Of a stretch of 64,000 nucleotides of DNA, positions 55,262 to 64,000 are shown piece after piece. This DNA is from Bythopirellula sp. (GTDB taxonomy: Bacteria; Planctomycetota; Planctomycetia; Pirellulales; Lacipirellulaceae). The position numbers and the translations under genes were made by a program. Positions within the stretch are counted from its first letter, which is position 1. Every line of letters starts with the position of its first letter. Under the pieces are notes generated by a model that was not told the origin of the DNA, made no database searches, and was given only the letters and a program-made list of their open reading frames with translations. The stretch spans positions 3,776,001 to 3,840,000 of the forward strand of contig OZ244170.1 in the NCBI GenBank assembly GCA_965216565.1, given 5' to 3'.

Positions 55262-57697
55262 TTATTTCCGACAAGATCGGCTGCCAATGTGCAGAATTGC
55301 TAAGAGCGTAAGAGTGAAAGAAGTAGGTTCAGGGATATTCGGTCGGGCCATCTTTAGCTCTCCAAGTCGGACTTTCACTCTGGCATCGACTGAGAAGAAA
55401 TCACCGTTTCCAGCCGCGGAGTTGAGCAGAAAACTATAAGGCGTACCGTCGCCTAGAACCCCTGACAACTCAACGTCGCGATCCTCGATTAACAGTTCTT
55501 GCTCTGGTAAGGAACTGAGCGAGGAAGTCAAGTCGACTCCATCCAAGAAGACTGTTTCTACAAAAAATGTAACGTCGCTGCCCGAATTACTACTGAAGCC
55601 ATCACCAAAGATTCCTCCACCAATGTTTGCCACACCATCAAGAGAGAAGTTCTCGCCTACAGTTCCCCCACCAATCGTGGCAGCGCTGCCGAGCTCAATC
55701 GAAACTCCATCACCAATACTACCCCCGAAGACGTTAACGGTTGAACCTAGCGGAGCGGCGAAACCGCTGCCCAAACCCCCATTCTCCAAGTTGAGAACAC
55801 TGCCCTCGCGAAGCAACAGATTGGTTCCTAAGAATCCTCCATTGATGGTCAGCTCACTATTTTCTTCGGCGAGCAGATTCCCGAAGTCACCTCCACGAAC
55901 TTCTACTTCACTGCCTCTTGCAGCCACAAACCAATCGCCAATCGTTCCTCCGGTGATAACCACTTTAGCATTCTCATTGGCAACCATGCGTTCCCCGATT
56001 TCTCCACCGTTAATGATCACTTCGCTGCCTCTATAGATGTAGAAGTTGCTACCTACCATTCCGCTGTTTATCGTTACCTGGGTACCTGCAACTTTGAAAT
56101 AGTCCCCGATTCCTCCTCCCTCAACACTTATGCTGGAATCGACTGCTGCAAAACCGGGTCCTAGGTTTCCCCCATTCTCGAGAATTAGTGATTGCCCTGC
56201 ACGCAATCCTTTCGGAGCTGGATCAGTAGGTACTGTTAACTCAGAGGGTCCTGCCGTAGGAATACTCGCTTGCGTGAGCGACATACTACCTATGCGGTCG
56301 CTGTAGCTTGTGGCCCTGGTGGAGTAGATTTTGTCTGAATTGAAAATGAATACCGATCCGTCGGTCAGCACTCCAGACAAGAGTGAGCCAAGTGGCAGAT
56401 AACTGAGTGAATTGACAGGAGCGCCATCAAGCATGAATTCACCCCCGATAACATTGAAGTCAGTGCCACTATTTACAACAATTTCCGGTCCGAGGGCCCC
56501 TCCGCTCAAATGGAAGGAGCCACTGATCCGGGCTCCAGCCCCAAGGGAACCACCCATAAACCTGATCTCACTGCTTGGAAAAGCAAGCAGATCATCACCA
56601 ATAGTTCCACCAAGGACGTCAAGTCGAGCCACTTGTGTGGGGTGAGTAATTCTTGCGGATCGGAAGCCATCACCAAATGTCCCTCCCGAGATGGTAACGG
56701 TGCTATCTGGATAGGTCTCAAAACCATCACCGATTGTTCCTCCAGTGATTGACACCGTGCTGCCGCCATAAGCGCGAAACTCCGATCCTATCGTTCCACC
56801 ATTGATAGAAAAGACTCCGCCACCATGAACCGCCGACTGTGCCCCAAGTTCACCTTCGTCAAAAGTAACGTCGCTACCATTGAATGCAGCAAGGCCGTCA
56901 CCGATATTCCCGCCGGATATGTTTACATCGCTGTTCCTGTGAATTTGCATCCGTGCACCAATCTCACCTGAAGTAATATTTACATTCGTATTAGCTATCT
57001 CCAACGCTTCTCCCACCGTTCCACCACTTACATTCAATGTTCCACCGATAGATGTAAAAAACTTCGGCAGGCTACCTCCAGGCTCGACATTGAGTGTTTG
57101 AGTACGCCTTAACCCTCTTGGTATTGGATCATTTGGCACTGTAATAGGATTAGGATCTAATGTGGGAATTGACGTGGTTATTAGCGTCGTTCTTTCACTA
57201 AGGATAAAGTCACCAAAGAAATTGCTGGAACTGGAATCAGTTTCAGTCCTTTGTTGGAAGAAGACAAAAGCAGTGCCGTCAGTTGTTATCCCGGTTAGAA
57301 TGCCGCCAGTCGATGATGGTACATTTGGAACCGTTGTAGTTGGGACTCCATCGAGTTCAAATTCACCACCCAAAATGGTGGCCTCACCCTGGTGCACAAT
57401 ATCAAGACCAATTGAACCCCCGCTATAGTTGAACTTCGAACGAGAAAATCCAAATAGTCCATTACCAATCGAGCCACCCGTGAGATTGACCTCTGAGTCC
57501 GCCCAAAGAATGAGACTATCCCCTGCGCTACCACCTTCGCCAATATTTACCTGAGTACCTGTGACGATGGTTTCTCTATCTCCAAGATTTGGACTCGGTG
57601 GGATGTTGAGAATCGTTGAAAATTGTGCATCTGCACAAATAGACATAGGGAAAGAAATTATCAAACTCAATCCAACTTGGCTGAAAATTCGATTCAT
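55262..57697 (-). CDS. Gly-rich 19-aa-repeat PEP-CTERM surface protein
   Basis: Signal peptide; repeats S.V.I.GG.IG..F.A..G; IPEPTS-TM-basic tail. Confidence 0.88.
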   Translation of the reverse strand: MNRIFSQVGLSLIISFPMSICADAQFSTILNIPPSPNLGDRETIVTGTQVNIGEGGSAGDSLILWADSEVNLTGGSIGNGLFGFSRSKFNYSGGSIGLDIVHQGEATILGGEFELDGVPTTTVPNVPSSTGGILTGITTDGTAFVFFQQRTETDSSSSNFFGDFILSERTTLITTSIPTLDPNPITVPNDPIPRGLRRTQTLNVEPGGSLPKFFTSIGGTLNVSGGTVGEALEIANTNVNITSGEIGARMQIHRNSDVNISGGNIGDGLAAFNGSDVTFDEGELGAQSAVHGGGVFSINGGTIGSEFRAYGGSTVSITGGTIGDGFETYPDSTVTISGGTFGDGFRSARITHPTQVARLDVLGGTIGDDLLAFPSSEIRFMGGSLGAGARISGSFHLSGGALGPEIVVNSGTDFNVIGGEFMLDGAPVNSLSYLPLGSLLSGVLTDGSVFIFNSDKIYSTRATSYSDRIGSMSLTQASIPTAGPSELTVPTDPAPKGLRAGQSLILENGGNLGPGFAAVDSSISVEGGGIGDYFKVAGTQVTINSGMVGSNFYIYRGSEVIINGGEIGERMVANENAKVVITGGTIGDWFVAARGSEVEVRGGDFGNLLAEENSELTINGGFLGTNLLLREGSVLNLENGGLGSGFAAPLGSTVNVFGGSIGDGVSIELGSAATIGGGTVGENFSLDGVANIGGGIFGDGFSSNSGSDVTFFVETVFLDGVDLTSSLSSLPEQELLIEDRDVELSGVLGDGTPYSFLLNSAAGNGDFFSVDARVKVRLGELKMARPNIPEPTSFTLTLLAILHIGSRSCRK

Positions 57698-57842
57698 AGG
57701 TTTATTCTTCCGCGCACGAAAAAGCCCCTACGAATCTCGCACTACAGACATCCATGGGAAGCCCGAGTGAATTGATTCGTAGGGGATTAGCGTTAGTTCT
57801 TATCGGGTGTTAGTTGCGAGGGTCGAAACGCCGAACTCTCGT

Positions 57843-57872
57843 ATTCTAACCTTTAGTTCAGGTAAGGAGCAA
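57843..57872 (-). promoter_or_regulatory. Promoter of the 811-aa gene
   Basis: TTGCTC-N18-TAGAAT. Confidence 0.5.
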
Positions 57873-58172
57873 AACTTTTCTGTAGGAGAATGCCAACTAG
57901 ACCAATATACTTAGATGAAATTCAATCGAAGTAGGAAGTTGGCAAGGTATTCCCACTGTCCTAAATCGCTATGCCATTTCAGTTTACATGCCATAATTGC
58001 TAGTTAGTTGGCATTTCAAGAGGCTTTAGTGTACTAGCTCTCCGTTTCAGTCGCCCGCTTTCAACCTTGGTTCAGCTATTCTTATAAAACGCGTCGGAGT
58101 GAAACGCTAAGGCACTTTGGGGCGGTGCCAAATTTGCCCCACATCGCTTTCTTGCGAGGCTCGGATTCAAGC

Positions 58173-58670
58173 AGATTCCACCAGGGGTGGAACTCACCTC
58201 CGCTGGAATCTTCTTATTGCCGGGTGCCATGGCCACGCCGGAGCAACTAATAGTTTTCGCAAACTTGCCGATTCTCCAACATGGCCACGCCGAAGCAACT
58301 GAAGGTCTTGGCGAACTTGCCGATACTCCAACATGCCCACGCAACACCTCGGAGCAGGCAGCGTGGCCATGTGTGTTGTCGTGTCTCAGAAACCAACAAG
58401 CGTGGGCATGGCACCCGGCCCTCAGCGTTTGTATCTTTCCGGAAAAGGGTCAAAAGTGGGAGAGTATCGACCCACGAGAGAATTCTTGGGTAGCACCGAC
58501 ACTTGTCCGCAATAATCGTTGCCATCCGTTAGGCCTTATTCGGACACGTGTCGGTGTCGCTTGCGATAAGAGGCAATCCGGGTCTGCCTCCTGTGCTACG
58601 CACACCGACAATCGGCCGAACAAGATTTATCGAGTGGCGATGTCAACTACGACCGACTGTCGGTGCCACC
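58173..58670. repeat. Cluster of three REP-like palindromic elements
   Basis: AGATTCCA...TGGAATCT (58173-58211); CCGGGTGCCATGGCCACGC...GCGTGGGCATGGCACCCGG (58220-58418); GGGTAGCACCGACA...TGTCGGTGCCACCC (58488-58670). Confidence 0.8.
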
Positions 58671-58681
58671 CGCGTGGGAAT

Positions 58682-58954
58682 TCAGCCTGAATCTTGATTG
58701 CCATTGCGAGAGAATACAGCCACAAAGATTAAGCTTAGTAAGAATCCGAAAAAACCTCCGACCACTGCCCCTGGAGCAATGCCAATAAAGGCAAAATCCC
58801 CCGCTCCCCGCTGAAAAGCGATGATCGGACCAACAGTCATTCCGATAGCTGCACCACAGCACGCAGATAACGCTAAACAACAACCCGTGATTAATTTCGA
58901 GGGTTTAGTTGCTTTCTTGGTGTTCTGGCTGTCGGTGTTATCTGGCGTTGACAT
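58682..58954 (-). CDS. Small 2-TM membrane protein
   Basis: MSTPDNTD followed by two Gly-rich hydrophobic helices. Confidence 0.65.
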   Translation of the reverse strand: MSTPDNTDSQNTKKATKPSKLITGCCLALSACCGAAIGMTVGPIIAFQRGAGDFAFIGIAPGAVVGGFFGFLLSLIFVAVFSRNGNQDSG

Positions 58955-59439
58955 CGTCCGTTCATAGTAAGGAAACGGGATTAGTGGAGCTAGCCTATCC
59001 ACAAGAGAAGGGACTCACCTCCGCTGGAATCTTCTGATCGCCAACCTACCTTAGCATTGTCATTCCGTAATGCTTCCTCAGTGATTCTTATTATTAACTG
59101 ATCGCGTAGCCAGCAATTCCTAGCGAGGCGTTTCGACAACTGTTTGGGGACGACTTGCCAAAACCGCTCTCTTCGTCGCCCAGCAATTCCTAGGTAGAAT
59201 CAATCACTAGCCGTGATGCTGAGTTTACCCGACGAGGAGGGAATCGCACGGCGTGCAAGTGCCAATTCCCGACGGGCTCAATCCCCGTAAATCCTCAGTT
59301 TTTGGGCCACGACGGTAAACACCGCACCCACACCCGGACAGTTCGTCACAGGCAGAATCGCGGAAAAAGCGAATTCCGCATTTGCGAATTCCACACTCCC
59401 TGGTGTCAGCAAATTAAAGTGACACAAGATGTGATTCGC

Positions 59440-60672
59440 CTAAGAAAACAACTGCTCGCTGCCCTCAATCACCGGCACAACAACGATGCCGCTTTCGGTA
59501 ACGCGAAATCCCCGTTTGCGGTCCTGTTCTAGATCGACGCCTACCGTGGCCCCGTCGGGGATGTAGACGTCCTTATCGATAATCGCCCGCCGTATGATGG
59601 CCCCTTTGCCGACGTGCACGCCCTTAAACAGAATGGAATTGCTAACCTCGGCCCGCTCTTCAACACGAACCTTGGGGCCCAGAATACTGCCGGTCACTTT
59701 CCCCCCGGCGATGATGGTTCCCGTGGCGACTATGCTGTCGTGCGCTTCACCGCGGCGGCCCGAATCTTCGTCGAACACAAACTTCGGCGGCGGCAGATTC
59801 GGCTGATCCGTCCGCACTGGCCAGTGGTAGTCGTACATGTTCAGCAGCGGGTCGACGCCGGTAAGCTCTAAGTTGGCATCGTAATAGGCCTCAATCGTGC
59901 CCACATCCCGCCAGTAAGCATCTTCCTTGCTGTTTTCGTCTTGGAAGGGAAACGCCATCAGGCGATGCGTATCGATAATCGACGGAATGATGTTCCTGCC
60001 AAAGTCGTGAACGCTATCCGGCAACATCGCATCCTGGCAGAGCTGATCGAATAAGAAGGGGGCGTTGAATACATAGATGCCCATCGATGCCAGGCAGTTT
60101 TTATCGTCGCCCGGCATGGTTTTGGGTTCGGCGGGCTTTTCTTCAAACCCGATGATTCTGCCGGAGTCGTCGGTTTGCATCACACCAAACGATTTGGCTT
60201 CCTCCACACCCACCCGCAACGCAGCAATGGTCAGATCTGCCTCGTTCTCCTCGTGGAAGGCAATCATCTTGCTGTAATCCATCTTATAGATATGGTCGCC
60301 AGCGAGGATCACCACATGCTCGGGTCGTTCTTGCTCCAGCGTGTAAATGTTTTGATAAACCGCGTCGGCGGTGCCTTGGTACCACTGCTCGTCGATACGC
60401 TGCTGGGGCGGGAGGATGTCGATGAATTCTCCCAGCTCGCGGCACAGCAGATGTTTCCAGCCCGTGGAAACATGACGATCGAGACTCATCGCTTTGTATT
60501 GCGTGAGCACCAGGATCTTGCGAATACCACTATTCAGGCAATTGGAGAGCGTGAAATCGATAATCCGATACGTGCCGCCAAAGGGCACCGCGGGTTTGGC
60601 TCGATCTCGAGTGAGAGGCTCCAACCGCGAGCCTTTGCCTCCTGCCAACACAACTGCCAAAACGTCCTTCAT
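59440..60672 (-). CDS. glgC: Glucose-1-phosphate adenylyltransferase
   Basis: [49 protein letters not shown]. Confidence 0.97.
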   Translation of the reverse strand: MKDVLAVVLAGGKGSRLEPLTRDRAKPAVPFGGTYRIIDFTLSNCLNSGIRKILVLTQYKAMSLDRHVSTGWKHLLCRELGEFIDILPPQQRIDEQWYQGTADAVYQNIYTLEQERPEHVVILAGDHIYKMDYSKMIAFHEENEADLTIAALRVGVEEAKSFGVMQTDDSGRIIGFEEKPAEPKTMPGDDKNCLASMGIYVFNAPFLFDQLCQDAMLPDSVHDFGRNIIPSIIDTHRLMAFPFQDENSKEDAYWRDVGTIEAYYDANLELTGVDPLLNMYDYHWPVRTDQPNLPPPKFVFDEDSGRRGEAHDSIVATGTIIAGGKVTGSILGPKVRVEERAEVSNSILFKGVHVGKGAIIRRAIIDKDVYIPDGATVGVDLEQDRKRGFRVTESGIVVVPVIEGSEQLFS

Positions 60673-60734
60673 GAGAATCCTTTCCTAGGCTCGCTAACGC
60701 TGAGAGTATCGCTGATTCTAGTGGACTACCGATT

Positions 60735-61838
60735 TCAGAGCAATTCTCGGTAAGAATCTCGATAACCCTCGATCATTTGAGGGGTAGAAAACCGGCGCTC
60801 GGCATCCACTGCCGCCGCATTTCCGATTTGCCTGGCAAGATCTGGGTCTTCTAGCAAGCGTAACGTATAGCGGGCAAACATCGCCCGACTCCTGGCCGCC
60901 GCCAAGAATCCTGTCTTTCCGGCCTCGATTAAAGTGCGATTCACAGGCACATCCGATGCCACCACCGGTACGCCCGCCGCCATGGATTCCATAACCGCGA
61001 CCGATCGCGTCGCTTCCTCACCCGTATGCCACACAACATCGGCATGCGACAAGTAAGCCGGCATATCCTCGCAATATCCCAAAAACTTCACGACGGCTGG
61101 TTCGCTAACCAGCCGCGCATATCGCTCCAATCGCTGGCGTTCTGGTCCGTCGCCCAAGATCAGCATGACCGCGTTTTCGTGGAGCGTCCGCACCAGCTCG
61201 AAATGCCAGATGGCCTCGTCCAGCCGTTTGCTCCGTACGAGCGGGCCCACAACGACAATCAAATTGGCATTCACCGGCAAACGGCGTGTGCTGAGGAAAT
61301 TCTCTCGACCGTGGCGATGCGACGAATCCACCGACACCCCAGGTGGCACAATCCGCAGCTGCGACGAATCGACAGACATCCGCTGATAGTCCTGCGAGAG
61401 CTCCTCCGAAGGCACCACAATGTGATCAAACGCCCGTAGATACTTGGTCCTACGGGGCGGCGGTACGGATAGCGAAGCAACGAGTCGGGCCCCGCGCGCC
61501 GCTCGCCTGGCAAAGGTAATATTCCTGGCAGCATCCAGATCCCAAACGTGCACTAGGTCGGGTCGCGTTTGTTTGATGAATTCCGCAAGCCGCCAAGACG
61601 CAAACGGATCGAACCGCCAGCGACGTTCGAAATGGTGGCATGGGATTCCGCTAGACCGCCAGCTATCGAGAATGGAAGGCCGTGCGCGAAGAGCAGCGAT
61701 TTCTACCCGCTGCCCAACAGCCCTTTGATCGGCCGCCAATAATCGGAGCTGGCTCGAGGTGGCATAGCCATCCAGCTCGGAGATCACATGCACGATGGTT
61801 TGTTTGTCGGCCATACTGGGAGTCGTTACGTCTGTCAC
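60735..61838 (-). CDS. Glycosyltransferase family 4 (GT-B)
   Basis: GDGPER, MESMAAGVPVVASD, TGFL, RFS...M...Y. Confidence 0.87.
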   Translation of the reverse strand: MTDVTTPSMADKQTIVHVISELDGYATSSQLRLLAADQRAVGQRVEIAALRARPSILDSWRSSGIPCHHFERRWRFDPFASWRLAEFIKQTRPDLVHVWDLDAARNITFARRAARGARLVASLSVPPPRRTKYLRAFDHIVVPSEELSQDYQRMSVDSSQLRIVPPGVSVDSSHRHGRENFLSTRRLPVNANLIVVVGPLVRSKRLDEAIWHFELVRTLHENAVMLILGDGPERQRLERYARLVSEPAVVKFLGYCEDMPAYLSHADVVWHTGEEATRSVAVMESMAAGVPVVASDVPVNRTLIEAGKTGFLAAARSRAMFARYTLRLLEDPDLARQIGNAAAVDAERRFSTPQMIEGYRDSYRELL

Positions 61839-62034
61839 ATAAACAAGGGGTCACAGGCAATGGCCCGAACTGAGTTTTCTAGATTGGCTTTCTACGTTGG
61901 AAGACTATTTTACTCGGTAGCAAGTGGACAGATAGGTATGCCGCCTGACATACTTTTCCAGAGGAACGAAGACGCCAACGACTGAAACTTGGTCGAAGGC
62001 AAAAGCACCCCACCTATCCGAGGAAAGTCGTCAC

Positions 62035-62787
62035 GTGTCTAGCGAAACAGGGATCTGGACTGAAAGCGAGGTAGCCGGGCACACCTGCCACTTATTTCAG
62101 CCCAACAGCCCCTCGCCGCATGGCTATACGGTGCTCTACCTGCAGGGGCTTCGCTCGGGTCGTTTGAAATACCAGACGGGCATTGTCGATCAAATGGCCA
62201 ATCAAGGCTTAAGGATTATCGAACCCGAGGGCGACTTTAGTTGGTGGGTCGATCGCATCAGTCCGCGGTTCGATGCGGAGCTTTCTGGGGAACGCTACAT
62301 CGTCGATCACATTGTGCCATTCTTGGAATCGCACTGGCAGTGTAAGCCGCCTCAAATCGCATTGTTGGGCCCCAGCATGGGCGGACAAGGGGCTTTGCGG
62401 ATGGCGTATAAGTATCCCAACATTTTCCCCATTACGGTGGGAGTCTATCCGTCGATCGATTTCCAAAAAAAGATCGAGGAAGGCGACAAGAATCTTTCCG
62501 CCATGTACGACGATGCCGAAGCAGCGCGGCAAGATACCGCTACGCTCCACATTCATCCGCTCAATTGGCCACGGCATCAGTTCTTCTGCTGTGACCCGGC
62601 TGACGTTCGCTGGCACGAATCCGCAGATCGGCTGCACATGAAGCTCTACTCGCTCGGCGTTCCGCATCAACTCGATTTAGAGACCACAGCCGGGGGCCAC
62701 ACCTGGCAATACTTCGAGCACATGATGCCCAAGATCACAGAATTCCTTATGGAAGCGTTTGAGAGCGAACGGTTGCGAGTGGTTTAG
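62035..62787 (+). CDS. Esterase (alpha/beta-hydrolase)
   Basis: GPSMGGQGA nucleophile elbow, GGHTW. Confidence 0.87.
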   Translation: MSSETGIWTESEVAGHTCHLFQPNSPSPHGYTVLYLQGLRSGRLKYQTGIVDQMANQGLRIIEPEGDFSWWVDRISPRFDAELSGERYIVDHIVPFLESHWQCKPPQIALLGPSMGGQGALRMAYKYPNIFPITVGVYPSIDFQKKIEEGDKNLSAMYDDAEAARQDTATLHIHPLNWPRHQFFCCDPADVRWHESADRLHMKLYSLGVPHQLDLETTAGGHTWQYFEHMMPKITEFLMEAFESERLRVV

Positions 62788-62827
62788 TGCAACTACCTAA
62801 TGACAGCAAACGCTAGTGGAAATTCCT

Positions 62828-62857
62828 TTGACACCAACTATGCAGAGGTGGCAGAAT
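62828..62857 (+). promoter_or_regulatory. Promoter of probable leaderless TA transcript
   Basis: TTGACA-N18-CAGAAT with TG extension; ATG 6 nt downstream. Confidence 0.65.
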
Positions 62858-62863
62858 GGAAGT

Positions 62864-63133
62864 ATGAGAAACATTCCAATTTCAGACGATGGCTACGAAA
62901 AGTTGACAGCGGCGGCTTTAGCTGCTGGCTTTGCAGATGTTTCTGCCTTTATTCACGCAATGGTTGGCGAGCAAATCTTAGACCCTCGCGAGCCGATGCG
63001 AGACGACGAACTAGCCGAGAGCCTATCTGAATGCGATCAGGCAATAGCTGACTTTGAGGGGGGAGCCGGCAACGATGCCGAACAGGCCATTCGCGATATA
63101 GGGCGAAAGAGAGGCTTCGATCTAGGGGGATGA
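62864..63133 (+). CDS. Putative antitoxin (ParD-like, acidic)
   Basis: MRNIPISDDGYEKL...GFADVSAFI...AIADFEGGAG; directly precedes a ParE-like frame. Confidence 0.75.
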   Translation: MRNIPISDDGYEKLTAAALAAGFADVSAFIHAMVGEQILDPREPMRDDELAESLSECDQAIADFEGGAGNDAEQAIRDIGRKRGFDLGG

Positions 63134-63455
63134 ATACCGAGTCTTCATCCTCGAACAGTCGCTCCAACGACTCGAGCATATTCTTGATTACATCGCCTTA
63201 CATCATCAGGCTCCTCTGACAGCCGAAAAGTGGCTAAGGAAAGTTCTGGAGAAGATTCGCTCGCTGCGTCGCTTTCCACACCGATGCCCCTACGCTCCGG
63301 AAAATAGCTCTAGAAACTATGAAATCCGAATGTTGATCGTTGATCGATACTTGCTGCTATTCAATGTCGACGAAACGAATCGTGTTGTGCGAATTCTCAC
63401 AATACGGCATGGCAGCCAACTAGAGAATGCTGATGATCTGCCAGAGGAAATATAG
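63126..63455 (+). pseudogene. RelE/ParE toxin reading frame lacking a canonical start codon
   Basis: Manual translation EYRVFILEQSLQRLEHILDYIA...APLTAEKWL...FPHRCPYAPE...YEIRMLIVDRYLLLF...VRILTIRHGSQ; in-frame TAG at 63123 with no ATG/GTG/TTG before the conserved N-terminus; absent from the ORF track. Confidence 0.8.
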
Positions 63456-63485
63456 AGCTAGTTTAGAGATCGGCAACCGCGTTGC

Positions 63486-64000
63486 TTAGCGAATAGCCGG
63501 CTGGCCGGGTCGTGCAGGAGGTTTTCTCAGGTCGATGTGGTTCCACTCGCCCTTGACGACCCCTTCCAGCTTCACTTCGCCCGTTTTTTGGATGTAAGTT
63601 AACTTGCGGGCGGCCTGTTCGGAGAATGGCGCACCGACAAATTCTTGATGAATCAATGAGGCGGGACGTGTGCCGTCTCCCTCAAGCACAAACATAGTTT
63701 TGTGTTGATCGTATTTCGCATACTCGGCACGTGCGGTGAATGTGCCGCGCTCGCCAGCGGGGCCTTCGATAGTCACATCGCCACTGGCCAAAAGTTCTAT
63801 CGCGTCCATGGCGGGCAGGCGTTGGGCACGTGCTGTGGGGCTTTGGTTCACGCCAATTCGATCGCTCGTAATCCAAATCGTATCTGGGCCCGGAGTACCG
63901 CTTAGGGATATAGCCAGCTTTTGCTCCCAAGAATCAACCGGCCCATAGACTGCCCGTGCATCGCCCACAACCTCCACACGGCGTTGATGCAAATTGCCCT
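63486..64000 (-). CDS. C-terminal part of an OstA/LptD-like beta-jellyroll protein (truncated by window end)
   Basis: IELLASGDVTIEG...FTARAEYAKYDQHKTMFVLEGDG. Confidence 0.55.
   Translation of the reverse strand, partial: GNLHQRRVEVVGDARAVYGPVDSWEQKLAISLSGTPGPDTIWITSDRIGVNQSPTARAQRLPAMDAIELLASGDVTIEGPAGERGTFTARAEYAKYDQHKTMFVLEGDGTRPASLIHQEFVGAPFSEQAARKLTYIQKTGEVKLEGVVKGEWNHIDLRKPPARPGQPAIR

Noticed and set aside
58228..58345. 52-bp periodic units resembling a CRISPR mini-array
   Set aside because: The spacers are homologous to each other, there are only 2-3 units, they lie inside REP arms, and no cas genes are present.
58187..58690. 167-aa ORF and overlapping short ORFs
   Set aside because: Translations of the REP cluster.
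63130..63219. 29-codon ORF from the ATGA overlap after the antitoxin
   Set aside because: Out-of-frame by-product; the ParE similarity is in a different frame.

Overview
This window is planctomycete chromosomal DNA; the gene content resembles Pirellulales/Lacipirellulaceae (inferred, not searched). Positions 1.3-19.8 kb hold the core transcription/translation cluster on the minus strand: tRNA-Thr/Tyr/Gly/Thr, tuf, tRNA-Trp, secE, nusG, rplKAJL, rpoBC, rpsLG and fusA. Almost every spacer in this cluster contains palindromic 7-, 8- or 9-bp-period repeats or REP-like hairpins. Next come a membrane Ser/Thr kinase with WD40 repeats and csrA. A ~22 kb array (26.2-48.1 kb) encodes nine PEP-CTERM surface proteins, seven of which end in the same dockerin-like + PEP-CTERM cassette, with patchy DNA-level identity suggesting cassette exchange; gdhA interrupts the array. 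The rest encodes a transglutaminase-like protein, a Wza-type export-domain protein, a multi-HTH sigma-70 factor, an AT-richer islet (methyltransferase, a tenth PEP-CTERM protein, a REP cluster), glgC, a GT4 glycosyltransferase and an esterase. RelE/ParE toxin-antitoxin pairs lie near both ends; both look leaderless, and the right-hand toxin has no in-frame start codon. No CRISPR array, rRNA, integrase, transposase or reverse transcriptase was seen.
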